Positions 10,004-20,107 of a stretch of DNA of 64,000 nt are shown one piece after another (the first letter of the stretch is position 1; the number at the start of each line of letters is the position of its first letter). The position numbers and the translations under genes are program-made. The stretch is from Bacillaceae bacterium (GTDB taxonomy: Bacteria > Bacillota > Bacilli > JACDOE01), in NCBI GenBank assembly GCA_017656255.1, contig JACDOE010000001.1, positions 497,205-561,204 of the forward strand, given 5' to 3'. The notes beneath the pieces were generated by a model, which was not told the origin of the DNA, made no database searches, and worked only from the letters and a program-made list of their open reading frames with translations.

Positions 10004-10023
10004 GTTAATCAGATAACCACGAG

Positions 10024-10060
10024 GAAAGCCCTTCTGTAATGAATAACAGAAGGGCTTTTT
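10024..10060. terminator. Bidirectional intrinsic terminator (pepF / metalloprotease convergent pair)
   Basis: aaagcccttctg-taatgaataa-cagaagggcttttt. Confidence 0.75.
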
Positions 10061-10077
10061 CTCATAGTCGGACTTGA

Positions 10078-12159
10078 TTATTTTTTCGGACCGGTCTGGT
10101 GTTCTACGACTTCATAGGAGTAGTCGGCATAGCTGTTATTTCCGTTTTTACCGGCATGGGTAACCATCATCACCACATAATCATAAGACGCATCGTTAAA
10201 CATTTCTTCAATCTCCTGAGCTTCTTCTTCTGTAAAGTTAAGCACATCATTCACGTGAACAACCTTATATTTATCGGCAGTACCTTTTTTCACACCCACA
10301 AAGGAAACCAGGTAATCCGTATATTCGCCGAGGACTTCCTGCAGACTCATAAATCCGTCGGTGGAATCTGCCGGATCGTGATAGTCTACGGCATCGACCC
10401 GGATATTATCGATATACCAGCCGGCTTCATTGTATGCCCAATCCGTCATATAACGGAAGGAGACCAGGACCTTTTGTCCGATATAATCAGACAGATCAAA
10501 GTGTTCCGTTGTCCAACCGCCTGAAGAACCGGTAAAGCCGGGCAGATTGGCTTTGATATTGGGATGACCGTTCGGGTCGAGTGACGTGGATGTATTTTCA
10601 TTGGACAGCGAGGTCCAGGTTTCGCCGTTATCGGTAGATACCTGTACAAAACCGTAATCCCAATCTAATTCGATTTCGTAATAGGTATCGAAGGAGAGGG
10701 TCGCCGTATCCGTTACAGCATCCAAACCGGTCAGATCAATCTCCGTAATCAGATGATTATCGATCAGGTTGCCATTATTGCCCCAAAGAACAGTACCGCG
10801 TTCTCCCATCGGATCGTCCACGGCCTTCCAGGGAGTCTTGAAGAAATCGATCCCGTTCATGTATAGCCGATCGACCTTAACATCGGATGTGATCTTGATA
10901 AAATCGGTTCCCCAGGCGGGAGCTCCCGGTGTGTCATAAGCCTGCTCCGTATCCAGGTTCGGATTTAAGTCAATGGAATCAAACTGATAGGTTGAATCGT
11001 CACCGAGATATTTTCCGTCAATCAAAATGGCGGTTACAAATTCCTGAAAAAGCTGTTTAAAATCCTTGTCGATACCGTGTTTGTTCATAATCGTTTCTAC
11101 GCCTGCAATACCGTTTTCAGTTTCATGGAACAAGTCTCTGATAAATTCGCTGCCGAAATGATCATACAGATACAACTGGAACAGATAGGCAAATCCATAG
11201 TCGGCAAGAACTTCTCGTCCGCCCTGATCTTCCCAGGCGGTCAGTGAGTTTTCCAGATGATTTAAAAAGAAATCCACATGAGAAGTAGAATGACCGTATC
11301 CGACTAGATACTGCGCATAATCGGACATGCCTTCGTTGATCCAGCTTTCTTCATCCGAGTCATAGTCATCATGCAACAGATGCTGGAATTCGTGTGCGAA
11401 TACACCTTCATAAAGGTAAGGACGCTCAGCGTCAGGGCCTGTACGATTTGCCCAGTCGTAGGCATCGATCGTCATCACATTACGATCGGTGTAGATTTCA
11501 ATGGTCGGTGAATAGAAACCGGCGATATAGCTGGGATAAGAAGGATCATAGTAACTTTCGTCCCGTATGTTATCAATCAGAATCATCACACGTCCGGCTT
11601 CATCCCGGTAGCTTTCAATGCCCCATTGCTCCAGCAGGGCATTCTCACCGGTATGTACGTCCGGTTCGCCAAAGAATTCCACTTCTTTGGGATACATATT
11701 CTTGTCAAACTCGGACAGCAAATAGTCAATATGCTCCTGAGTGATGTTGACACGATCATTACGCGGGTCGCCTTCCGGGAAAGACAGGTCATTGGCTACC
11801 CAGACTTCGCCGTATTGTCCGACACCACGTAATGTGAAGGACTTCAAGTAATAACTGCCATTATAATTATCAAGAGCGACCATCCATTTGGTTTCTCCAA
11901 CGTCATACTGAGCGGATGCTGTGCCATCACTGCCAGACGAATCCGAAGCAGCGTCTTCATCACCGGTTACCTGCTCATAAAGGGTGGTATCCAGTTTGAC
12001 CTCACTCAGTTCCTCAGAGCGAAGCTGTACACCCACATCTTGAACAGAAGGGTTAAAATTGACACTAGTTGCAGCGTTTCCCTGTGTGGTAGGCATAAAT
12101 AGCGTTCCCCACAGCAGAGCCATGCAGAAAAAAGTCATCAGTGCTCTACGTCTCATCAA
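10078..12159 (-). CDS. Secreted zinc metalloprotease, immune inhibitor A-like (M6 family)
   Basis: N-terminal signal peptide (MMRRRALMTFFCMALLWGTLFMPTTQGNA). HEFQHLLH (HExxH) zinc motif. ~690 aa, similar in size to InhA-family enzymes. Confidence 0.6.
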   Translation of the reverse strand: MMRRRALMTFFCMALLWGTLFMPTTQGNAATSVNFNPSVQDVGVQLRSEELSEVKLDTTLYEQVTGDEDAASDSSGSDGTASAQYDVGETKWMVALDNYNGSYYLKSFTLRGVGQYGEVWVANDLSFPEGDPRNDRVNITQEHIDYLLSEFDKNMYPKEVEFFGEPDVHTGENALLEQWGIESYRDEAGRVMILIDNIRDESYYDPSYPSYIAGFYSPTIEIYTDRNVMTIDAYDWANRTGPDAERPYLYEGVFAHEFQHLLHDDYDSDEESWINEGMSDYAQYLVGYGHSTSHVDFFLNHLENSLTAWEDQGGREVLADYGFAYLFQLYLYDHFGSEFIRDLFHETENGIAGVETIMNKHGIDKDFKQLFQEFVTAILIDGKYLGDDSTYQFDSIDLNPNLDTEQAYDTPGAPAWGTDFIKITSDVKVDRLYMNGIDFFKTPWKAVDDPMGERGTVLWGNNGNLIDNHLITEIDLTGLDAVTDTATLSFDTYYEIELDWDYGFVQVSTDNGETWTSLSNENTSTSLDPNGHPNIKANLPGFTGSSGGWTTEHFDLSDYIGQKVLVSFRYMTDWAYNEAGWYIDNIRVDAVDYHDPADSTDGFMSLQEVLGEYTDYLVSFVGVKKGTADKYKVVHVNDVLNFTEEEAQEIEEMFNDASYDYVVMMVTHAGKNGNNSYADYSYEVVEHQTGPKK

Positions 12160-12412
12160 ATAATCTACCTCCTGAATGTTTTTATGTGTGAAGGACAGGC
12201 CTTCAAACCCGATTATAAATGAATAATTGTGATAATTTTGTAAATTTATGTTTTAAATCCGCTTCTTTTTTTGCCATCTCATGTCGACAGAAAAGACTTA
12301 AAAAACACAAAAAGCCAAAAATTCGTACAATTCAGGTATATTTATGTGAAAATCGGGCGATGATTGAACCATAGAAAACAAAAAATTAGATATGGCAGGA
12401 GGTTTTCGTTAT

Positions 12413-13240
12413 ATGCAAAATGAGAAAAACACCCAATATAAATCTAAAATAGTTATGTTGTCAGTGGTTCTGCTTGCTTCCTTTATGATCTCCGGGTGGG
12501 GGAATGCTGCAGCGGTAAATCAGGTCTATGTGGTTCAGGCAGGTGATTCGCTCTGGAAGATTGCCAGCCAGTTCAATACGACGGTTGCTCAATTAAAAAA
12601 CGAAAACGGGCTGTCGTCTAACCTGATTCATCCCGGACAAAAGTTAAAAATACCTTCCAGAACCAAACGCAGTGATACACAGACTTATATCGTAAAAAAA
12701 GGAGATAGTCTGTGGCGTATTGCCAATCAGTTCGGCATGAGCGTGGCAGAATTGAAATCTCTCAACGGATTGACCCACAATCTGATTCATCCGGGACAAT
12801 CTTTAAACGTAAAAGGGGCAAAAGGTTTACAACAAAGCGAACAGGCTGACAGTAAGGCCACTGTTTCTTATACACAGGAAGATTATGAATGGCTGGCCAA
12901 GATCATCGAAGCAGAAGCGGAAGGGGAACCTTACCTGGGCAAGGTTGCTGTGGGAAGTGTCGTGATGAATCGCGTTGAGCATCGCTGGTTCCCGGACACG
13001 ATAAAAGGAGTCATATTCCAGCAATTGAATGGTCGTTATCAGTTTAGTCCTGTCGCCAGTGGCAAAATATACAGGGTTAAACCGTCACAGGAATCTTATA
13101 AGGCGGCCAGGGAAGCTTTAAACGGAAAAGACCCGACCGGGGGCGGCATCTACTTTTACAATCCGAAAATAGCCAGAAGCAAATGGATTTTTTCGCGGAA
13201 AGTTGTGCGAATCATTGGAAACCATCATTTTGCGATATAA
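12413..13240 (+). CDS. Cell wall hydrolase, SleB/CwlJ family, with two N-terminal LysM domains (spore cortex-lytic type)
   Basis: Two LysM repeats (YVVQAGDSLWKIASQF..., YIVKKGDSLWRIANQF...). C-terminal Hydrolase_2 region (LAKIIEAEAEGEPYLGKVAVGSVVMNRV...). AGGAGG RBS 10 nt upstream of the ATG at 12413. Confidence 0.75.
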   Translation: MQNEKNTQYKSKIVMLSVVLLASFMISGWGNAAAVNQVYVVQAGDSLWKIASQFNTTVAQLKNENGLSSNLIHPGQKLKIPSRTKRSDTQTYIVKKGDSLWRIANQFGMSVAELKSLNGLTHNLIHPGQSLNVKGAKGLQQSEQADSKATVSYTQEDYEWLAKIIEAEAEGEPYLGKVAVGSVVMNRVEHRWFPDTIKGVIFQQLNGRYQFSPVASGKIYRVKPSQESYKAAREALNGKDPTGGGIYFYNPKIARSKWIFSRKVVRIIGNHHFAI

Positions 13241-13246
13241 AAAGTT

Positions 13247-13276
13247 TTGCGAATCATGACGAATAGCCGATATAAT
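13247..13276 (+). promoter_or_regulatory. Putative sigma-A promoter (TTGCGA-N18-TATAAT)
   Basis: Read directly from sequence. Lies upstream of a hairpin and of the ytvI-like gene. Confidence 0.4.
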
Positions 13277-13302
13277 AGGAGTAACATTTTATTTGGCATT
13301 AT

Positions 13303-13340
13303 CCTTACCCCGTCCCGACGGGGTAAGGGACTTTTCATTT
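13303..13340 (+). terminator. Strong GC hairpin plus T-tract (terminator of the SleB-like gene and/or leader attenuator)
   Basis: CCTTACCCCGTC-CC-GACGGGGTAAGG perfect stem followed by gacTTTTcaTTT. Confidence 0.55.
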
Positions 13341-13359
13341 GATCACAGGAGGAAGCGGC

Positions 13360-14415
13360 ATGACATTACATAAGCTGGCATACATGGCATTATCTTTGCT
13401 TCTCATCAGTTTTGTCTTTTTTTTGATCCCACACGTTTTTTCTTATATGCTTCCTTTTATCATTGCTTTAATTCTGGCGGTTTTAATTGAACCGATCGTA
13501 GAAATGGCCCAGAAATGGTTGAAAATTGATCGTAAATGGGCTTCTCCCTTGATATTCAGCCTGTTTATGATTATTTTTCTGGGTCTGACTTATCTGTTAA
13601 CCGCCAAAATTATTGTAGAACTGGTGGCTTTGTTTGAACGTTTACCTGCTATGCTGGAAAGTATGGCGCCGTTAATTCAAAATTTCCTGAGGGATGTCGA
13701 ACAGTTATATCTGCTTGTTCCGGAAGAGGCGGTCTCTAGTATCGCGAGCGGACTGGAGCAGATGATCAACTGGTTGCAGCGCGCAGCACAGATAGTTGGT
13801 ACGGCGTTAATCAGTATTGCTGCCGGCCTGCCTGCTTTTTTGATCGTTTCATTGATCGTAGTTATTTCGTTTGCCCTGATGAGTTACCAATTGCCGATCT
13901 TAAAAGCTAATTTTCTGGGTCTGTTTGAAGAAAATACAGCTAAAAAAGTAGAAATCATGATGCAGGATTTAAACCAGGCTGTGGTCGGGTTTGTCAGGGC
14001 TCAAATTATCCTCAGTTTTCTTACATATATGCTGGCACTGGTGGGACTCTGGATTCTGGGAGTCAAATACGCACTCGCCATATCGTTTATTATTGTTCTG
14101 GTGGATATTTTACCCATACTGGGGACCGGTTCGGTCATTGTACCCTGGTCATTGTTCCAACTGTTCGTCAGAGGGGACGAATTTGTTGGGATCGGGCTTC
14201 TCGTATTATACGTCATCATCAATATTTTCAGAAGAATTGTAGAACCCAAGATCCTGGGGGACAATATCGGACTGGGGACACTGGCCGTCATCATCAGTAT
14301 GTGGGTCGGGCTGCAGGCTTTTGGTATTCTGGGACTATTTATCGGACCGCTTCTGTTTATTCTCATCAAAGCGATGAGAAAAGCAGGGATGCTGCAGAAA
14401 AAAATCGAGTTTTAA
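13360..14415 (+). CDS. AI-2E family transporter (sporulation integral membrane protein YtvI-like)
   Basis: ~350-aa polytopic membrane protein with the AI-2E/PerM fold pattern. AGGAGGAAG RBS 4-5 nt upstream of the ATG at 13360. Confidence 0.65.
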   Translation: MTLHKLAYMALSLLLISFVFFLIPHVFSYMLPFIIALILAVLIEPIVEMAQKWLKIDRKWASPLIFSLFMIIFLGLTYLLTAKIIVELVALFERLPAMLESMAPLIQNFLRDVEQLYLLVPEEAVSSIASGLEQMINWLQRAAQIVGTALISIAAGLPAFLIVSLIVVISFALMSYQLPILKANFLGLFEENTAKKVEIMMQDLNQAVVGFVRAQIILSFLTYMLALVGLWILGVKYALAISFIIVLVDILPILGTGSVIVPWSLFQLFVRGDEFVGIGLLVLYVIINIFRRIVEPKILGDNIGLGTLAVIISMWVGLQAFGILGLFIGPLLFILIKAMRKAGMLQKKIEF

Positions 14416-14425
14416 CAAAAAGGCA

Positions 14426-14464
14426 TAAAAAAAGACGTCTAGTGATAATAGACGTCTTTTTTTA
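14426..14464. terminator. Bidirectional intrinsic terminator
   Basis: aaaaaaagacgtct-agtgataat-agacgtcttttttt. Confidence 0.75.
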
Positions 14465-14627
14465 AACGTTCTATGCTGGCCTGGATAATCTCCAGAACAT
14501 CCTCATATTCAAGAGCCTTCATACCGGATTGAAGAACGATGGTTTGATCCATTTCTTCCCGGGTTAAAAAATGAACCAGTTCAGGTGTTACCGTTTTTAC
14601 GATTGTGGACAGCTTTACAGTCTCCAT
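14439..14627 (-). CDS. Small hypothetical protein (62 aa)
   Basis: Strong RBS (AAGAGGTGATAAG then ATG). Downstream of the YheC/YheD-like gene on the same strand. Stop lies inside the terminator stem. Confidence 0.4.
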   Translation of the reverse strand: METVKLSTIVKTVTPELVHFLTREEMDQTIVLQSGMKALEYEDVLEIIQASIERLKKDVYYH

Positions 14628-14729
14628 CTTATCACCTCTTTCTGATATTTGAAGAGATAAAACAAAGACTTGCCTGTCTTGCCTCTGGTTCCTTATTTAA
14701 TTGTAATTTTATTATAACACATTTCAAGA

Positions 14730-15506
14730 TTAAGTGTTGGATCTCCGGTAATATTTGTTCCGTATTCCTTTGACATAAAAATAGATCTTGTTGAACAATT
14801 TTTTGTTGTCATGGTGCCTGAACAGATTAAACATGGGACGGGTGTTGGCTTCCAGTACCCAGACATTTTTTTGCCGATCCAGGGCAATGTCGACTCCCAG
14901 TTCTCGCAGGTAACGGAAACGCCTGGTAAGGATTTCCGCCATTTGCAATCCCAGCGAATTAAGCCTTTCTTCCAGTTCTCTGATTTCTTCGATATTAAAA
15001 TCACCACTTTTGATTAGAGCATTGCGAAGGGTGATCGCTTTTCCTCCACGGCAGTGGTTGGTTACAATTTTATTAGGGGCTGCCCATTTTCCCATGATCC
15101 CCATCAGTTTCCATTCATTCTGGGGGCGTAACAGGAGAATGCGAAAATCGACGGGACGTCCTTGAATGGTGATCAAATCAATACCTTTTTGAATGATGTA
15201 ACGCTTGTTTTTGATCGATTTTTGCAGAGTACGGAACAGGACCTCCCTGTTTTTAAAGGTTTTGACCAGTGTGTCACGCTGTACCTTATAATGTCCGTTT
15301 TGACGTTCGATTTTGATGACCCCATACCCCCCGGTGCCGATGACCGGTTTCAAGAACACGACCGGGTACTGGTCCAGGTAATCGTAAAAACTTTGTTTAT
15401 TCAGAAGACTGGTTTCGGGTAGGTATTGTTTAATAAACGGATCGCCTGCGAGTGTCTGGTATTTTTCCCATTTGCTTGCTGCCAGCCAGTATTTTTTAGA
15501 CGCCAT
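14730..15506 (-). CDS. YheC/YheD-family ATP-grasp protein (endospore coat-associated type)
   Basis: ATP-grasp-like core (PVVFLKPVIGTGGYGVIKI..., WVLEANTRP). AAGGGG RBS upstream of the MASKKYW start. The track's longer N-terminus is unsupported. Confidence 0.65.
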   Translation of the reverse strand: MASKKYWLAASKWEKYQTLAGDPFIKQYLPETSLLNKQSFYDYLDQYPVVFLKPVIGTGGYGVIKIERQNGHYKVQRDTLVKTFKNREVLFRTLQKSIKNKRYIIQKGIDLITIQGRPVDFRILLLRPQNEWKLMGIMGKWAAPNKIVTNHCRGGKAITLRNALIKSGDFNIEEIRELEERLNSLGLQMAEILTRRFRYLRELGVDIALDRQKNVWVLEANTRPMFNLFRHHDNKKLFNKIYFYVKGIRNKYYRRSNT

Positions 15507-15629
15507 AAAATCGCCCCTTAGGTGTGTATATTCCTTGGATATACTATTCACGCCATTTTTAAAATGATTGGGCACTGTGAATAAAGATAAAAAGAGGCGT
15601 TTGGCTGATGAGGACGTTTTGACAGCTCA

Positions 15630-15660
15630 CAAAAAAAGCCTGATGCGTAAACATCAGGCT
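15630..15660 (-). terminator. Intrinsic terminator downstream of leuD
   Basis: agcctgatg-cgtaaa-catcaggct with a T-run on the minus strand. Confidence 0.7.
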
Positions 15661-15666
15661 CATGAG

Positions 15667-16278
15667 TTATTTAATGTGATAATAGGCTGGAAATCGTTTT
15701 TCGTAATCTGCAATTTTGTCTTCATGTTGCAGGGTAACGCCAATATCATCCAGTCCTTTTAACAGACATTCCCGTTTGTATTCGTCGATAGTAAACGGTA
15801 CGGACAGACCATCCTGATCCTGGATGAGACGATTTTCCAGGTCGACGGTTATTTGATAACCAGGTTGCTCAACCGTCTTTTGAAACAGGGAATCGACGAC
15901 ATCTTCCGGCAATGTGATGGGCAACAACCCGTTTTTAAAGCAATTGTTGTAAAAAATGTCGGCAAAAGAGGGGGCGATGATAGCCCGGAATCCGAAATCC
16001 ATCAGCGCCCAGGGGGCATGCTCACGCGATGATCCGCATCCGAAATTGTGACGTGCCAGCAGAACGGAGGCTTGATCATAGGGCTTTTGATTCAGGATAA
16101 AACCCTGTCTGGGTTGATTGTTATCGTCAAAGCGCCAGTCATAAAACAAAAACTGGCCGAATCCGGTTCTCTCAATTCTTTTCAGAAATTGTTTGGGGAT
16201 GATCTGATCCGTGTCCACATTGGCACGATCGAGAGGGGCCACAATCCCCGTATGTTTGATAAATGGTTGCATTTTCAT
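15667..16278 (-). CDS. leuD: 3-isopropylmalate dehydratase small subunit
   Basis: [36 protein letters not shown] is a near-canonical LeuD N-terminus. Confidence 0.85.
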   Translation of the reverse strand: MKMQPFIKHTGIVAPLDRANVDTDQIIPKQFLKRIERTGFGQFLFYDWRFDDNNQPRQGFILNQKPYDQASVLLARHNFGCGSSREHAPWALMDFGFRAIIAPSFADIFYNNCFKNGLLPITLPEDVVDSLFQKTVEQPGYQITVDLENRLIQDQDGLSVPFTIDEYKRECLLKGLDDIGVTLQHEDKIADYEKRFPAYYHIK

Positions 16279-16285
16279 CTCCTCC

Positions 16286-17692
16286 TTACGCTTTCATCCA
16301 GTTTCGAACATCAACGAATCGTCCTTCAATCGCAGCAGCGGCTGCCATAACGGGACTGACCAGGTGGGTTCTTCCGCCACGGCCCTGTCTGCCTTCAAAG
16401 TTTCGATTAGAAGTAGAAGCACAACGTTCACCGGGGCTGAGAATATCCGGGTTCATACCGAGACACATACTGCAACCGGCTTCCCGCCATTCAAACCCGG
16501 CGTCCTTAAATATCTGGTCGAGTCCTTCCTGTTCAGCCTGTTTTTTTACATGGCTGGATCCGGGAACCACCATGGCTCTGACAGCGGGGGAGACTTTCTT
16601 TCCTTTTACCACCTGAGCGGCAGCGCGCAGATCTTCAATTCTGGAATTGGTGCAGGAACCGATAAACACGCGGTCCACCGTGACATCTGTTATCGGGGTT
16701 CCCGGTTTTAAGTCCATATAGGCAAGCGCCCGTTCGATTGATTTCTTTTCAACATCGGTCCGGGCATCATCAGGATTGGGAATCGTGTCCGTCACACTCA
16801 TCCCCATTCCCGGACTGGTTCCCCAGGTAACCTGAGGTGCAAGATCAGACACATCGACAACAATCTGCCTGTCGTAAGAGGCACCGTCGTCCGTTTTTAA
16901 CTGTTCCCATTCCTCGATCGCCTGTTCAAATGCTTCTCCTTTCGGGGCAAACGGCTTATCTTTCAAATACGCATAAGTAACGTCGTCCGGAGCGATCAGA
17001 CCGGCCCGTGCACCAGCCTCGATGGACATATTGCAGACGGTCATCCGTTCTTCCATGGACATGGAACGAATGGCTTCCCCCGTATATTCGATAACATAAC
17101 CCGTACCGAAATCCGTGCCGTAAGTAGCAATGAGGGAGAGGATGACATCCTTTGCGGAAACACCGGGCTGCAATTTTCCTTCAACACGCACTTCCATTGT
17201 TTTAGACTTTGACTGCTGCAGACACTGTGTCGCAAACACATGTTCCACTTCACTGGTACCGATTCCGAAGGCCAGGGCACCGAATGCACCGTGTGTGGAC
17301 GTGTGGCTGTCGCCACAGACGATGGTTTTACCGGGAAGTGTCAGTCCCAGTTCCGGTCCGATGACGTGTACAATTCCCTGATATTCATCCTGAATATCGT
17401 AGAGACGGATACCAAACTCTTCGCAATTTTTTCTCAAGGTATCCATTTGTTTAGCCGCAATCGGATCTTCGACGGGAAGCGAGCGATCGGTTGTCGGGAC
17501 ATTATGATCGACCGTGGCAATTGTAAGTTCCGGTTTCCGAACCTTTCGTCCGGCCAGCCTCAGTCCTTCAAAGGCCTGGGGGGATGTGACTTCATGAATC
17601 AGATGGAGATCAATATAGATAATGGCCGGCTTATCTTTTTCTTGATGGATCAGATGGCTATCCCAGATTTTCTCGTACATGGTTTTGGCCAT
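16286..17692 (-). CDS. leuC: 3-isopropylmalate dehydratase large subunit
   Basis: [16 protein letters not shown]...[19 protein letters not shown] is a canonical LeuC N-terminus. Aconitase-family Cys ligands present. Confidence 0.85.
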   Translation of the reverse strand: MAKTMYEKIWDSHLIHQEKDKPAIIYIDLHLIHEVTSPQAFEGLRLAGRKVRKPELTIATVDHNVPTTDRSLPVEDPIAAKQMDTLRKNCEEFGIRLYDIQDEYQGIVHVIGPELGLTLPGKTIVCGDSHTSTHGAFGALAFGIGTSEVEHVFATQCLQQSKSKTMEVRVEGKLQPGVSAKDVILSLIATYGTDFGTGYVIEYTGEAIRSMSMEERMTVCNMSIEAGARAGLIAPDDVTYAYLKDKPFAPKGEAFEQAIEEWEQLKTDDGASYDRQIVVDVSDLAPQVTWGTSPGMGMSVTDTIPNPDDARTDVEKKSIERALAYMDLKPGTPITDVTVDRVFIGSCTNSRIEDLRAAAQVVKGKKVSPAVRAMVVPGSSHVKKQAEQEGLDQIFKDAGFEWREAGCSMCLGMNPDILSPGERCASTSNRNFEGRQGRGGRTHLVSPVMAAAAAIEGRFVDVRNWMKA

Positions 17693-17818
17693 GTGCGCTC
17701 ATTCCTTTCATTTAGATATTGTTATATTGGTTTTACCATGTTTTCGTTTAATGTTCAAAGATATAATATCTATAGATATAATAGGTATTACCTATAAAAG
17801 ACGAATCGAGGTGCAATT

Positions 17819-18727
17819 GTGATGGAAATACGTCAACTGGAATATGTGGTAAAAGTGGCAGAAGAAATGAATTTCTCGCGAGCCGCTAAAAAACTTCATA
17901 TTGCGCAACCCTCCTTGAGCCAGCAGATTGCCAAACTGGAGAAAGAACTGGAAGTGGTTCTGTTTAATCGGAGTACCAGTACCGTCAAATTAACCAGTGC
18001 AGGAGAAGCATTTGTGGAGCAGGCCGTTCAGATTCTGGACAGGGTGGAGCAGTTAAAAAAAGAAATGTCTGATGTGGCCCAACTGAAAAAAGGAAAGCTG
18101 ACGATGGGAAGTATGTCGATGACCGGTGCCCATCTGCTTCCCGTTGCGATTCCGGCTTTTAAAAAACAATATCCGGGTATTGAGGTGCATCTGGTTGAGG
18201 ATACGACAGAGAATCTCGAAAAAATGACCGCGAGGGGACAACTGGATATCAGTCTGCTTTCTCTGCCGCTTCATGACACGTCCCTGCAATATGAGACAAT
18301 CCTGGAAGAGGAGATTATGCTGGCGGTTCCACCGGAACATCCGCTACAGAAAAAGCAATCCATTTCACTTCGTGATGTGAAAGATGAGACATTTATTTTT
18401 AGCAAACAGGGGCAGGGATTTCATGATACCTGTATGCATTTTTGCCAGGAGGCGGGGTTTGAACCGGACATTGTTTTTGAGAGCAGTAATATTGAGACGA
18501 TTCAATCCCTGGTAAGTGCGGGTATGGGGGTTGCACTGGTCCCCAGAATGGTTGTCCGGGAGGAGTCTTCAGGTTTTTCACCGGTCTATGTGAGACTGGT
18601 TGATCCCGTTCCCACCCGGACGATCGTTTTTGCATATCAGAGCGGACGTTATATTTCGAGAGCAGCAACGGCATTTATGAGTGTCATGAAACACCAGATT
18701 ACGAAACTTTATAAAAAGGAGGAGTAG
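17819..18727 (+). CDS. LysR-family transcriptional regulator
   Basis: N-terminal HTH (MNFSRAAKKLHIAQPSLSQQIAKLEKEL) plus LysR substrate-binding domain. Divergent from leuCD. Confidence 0.8.
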   Translation: MMEIRQLEYVVKVAEEMNFSRAAKKLHIAQPSLSQQIAKLEKELEVVLFNRSTSTVKLTSAGEAFVEQAVQILDRVEQLKKEMSDVAQLKKGKLTMGSMSMTGAHLLPVAIPAFKKQYPGIEVHLVEDTTENLEKMTARGQLDISLLSLPLHDTSLQYETILEEEIMLAVPPEHPLQKKQSISLRDVKDETFIFSKQGQGFHDTCMHFCQEAGFEPDIVFESSNIETIQSLVSAGMGVALVPRMVVREESSGFSPVYVRLVDPVPTRTIVFAYQSGRYISRAATAFMSVMKHQITKLYKKEE

Positions 18728-19505
18728 GCGTAATCGGATTGTGAAATGATTCAAGGTACGTCAGGATTTTTTGATGAATGGGAATGTTTAATTCTTTCAG
18801 TGCTGTTTCACCAAACCATAAATTAAATTCCAGCAGGTAAGGATGGTCCTGAACCAGAGCGACATCGAAACCGGCGTAATCAATACCCAGCGTTCGGGCG
18901 GTTTCTTCCACCAGTTGAATCACGCTGCGGGGTACCGGCTCAAATGACACGTGAGCCCCCTGGGCAACATTATTACGGAAATTACCCAGCTGGCTTCCGA
19001 TCCGCCAGTAAGCGGCGATTACTTCATGGCCAACCCAGACCACGCGGATATCCCGGTCCATTTCAAGGAATTCCTGTACATACAGGACGTCATGTTGTTT
19101 TGCATAAGCCTTAAGATCCTTCTCGGATTCAATTAAGAAAACGCCTTTTCCCATGGAATTGCGAATATCTTTGGCTACAAAGGGAAAGGTGAATTCTTCC
19201 AGTATCTGCTGCTGATTCGCGGATGTTGAAGCACAGATACGAGTGTAGGGAACGTGATCCGGACAAACAGCCTCGAAGGCACGCGTCATCTCCACTTTGC
19301 TGTATCCGAGATGATAGGAGGAGATGCTGGGAAAAATCCGTTTGTTCCATCCATAAGAAAGAAAGTTAACCATCCAGGTTTCGGGAAATAAAATCCAATC
19401 AGCCTGTCTGACGGTTTCACGTTCACGAAATACCATCTCAGGCTTTACATAGGTCATCCCTTTGATTCCCCGGGATCTCAGTGGATTAAAAGAAACCAGT
19501 TTCAT
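18699..19505 (-). CDS. YheC/YheD-family ATP-grasp protein (second copy)
   Basis: ATP-grasp-like motifs (FPFVAKDIRNSMGKGVFLI..., YLLEFNLWFGE). 3' end overlaps the convergent LysR gene by ~29 nt. Start chosen at MKLVSF (RBS GGGGG 9 nt upstream). Confidence 0.6.
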   Translation of the reverse strand: MKLVSFNPLRSRGIKGMTYVKPEMVFRERETVRQADWILFPETWMVNFLSYGWNKRIFPSISSYHLGYSKVEMTRAFEAVCPDHVPYTRICASTSANQQQILEEFTFPFVAKDIRNSMGKGVFLIESEKDLKAYAKQHDVLYVQEFLEMDRDIRVVWVGHEVIAAYWRIGSQLGNFRNNVAQGAHVSFEPVPRSVIQLVEETARTLGIDYAGFDVALVQDHPYLLEFNLWFGETALKELNIPIHQKILTYLESFHNPITPTPPFYKVS

Positions 19506-19670
19506 TCCCGGCATCCCCCTTTCACAGGCTCCGTTTTAAAAATATATATCCTATTTCATTATAGTCAGATTTTCAAATGTGTCACGTCTTTTTTTACCCT
19601 GTATTCAGGATGTATGAATCGGTTCGAACAGGCATAGTTTGTAAGAAGAAAGGAGGGGGAAAAGCATAGG

Positions 19671-20051
19671 ATGTCAAGCAGGGAAGACAGAGCCGGAATC
19701 GTATCCGCCGTGCTTTTTCTGACCATCACAGTCAACCTGATCCTGATCGCCATGATTTTAGCGCCTCGTGGCCATTATGATCCGGCCAACGTGATGAGAT
19801 CGATTACTGTAACGTATGATTCTAACACCATCAACCAGGAGAAACGGGTACGGTTAACACTGCCGGAGAGAGAGGAATCGGAACGGATGGAATTGACCTG
19901 GCGCTTAATTGAGACATCTGTGAAAGGGGATTACCAGATTGAAACATATCGGGAATATGAAATCTATAAAAATAGTGAGGGAGACGTTATAAGAACAGTT
20001 CCCACTGAACATTTTGAATATCTGCGTTACTGGCGCTATCATCGGCCTTAA
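19671..20051 (+). CDS. Hypothetical membrane-anchored protein
   Basis: RBS AAGGAGGGGG. Single N-terminal TM helix. Confidence 0.5.
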   Translation: MSSREDRAGIVSAVLFLTITVNLILIAMILAPRGHYDPANVMRSITVTYDSNTINQEKRVRLTLPEREESERMELTWRLIETSVKGDYQIETYREYEIYKNSEGDVIRTVPTEHFEYLRYWRYHRP

Positions 20052-20107
20052 TGACCATCCATGTCAAATAAACCGCCGTTTATGGTAAGATAGGGAGAAA
20101 AGGTGGG

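Noticed and set aside
12200-12412. Forespore (sigma-G/sigma-F type) promoter upstream of the LysM-SleB-like gene (TGAAAA-N17-CATAGAAA)
   Set aside because: Imperfect -10 match. Cannot be distinguished from chance without expression data.
17693-17818. Possible T-box or leucine attenuator upstream of leuC
   Set aside because: Only 126 bp shared with the divergent LysR gene. No specifier/T-box (AGGGUGGNACCGCG-like) sequence seen.
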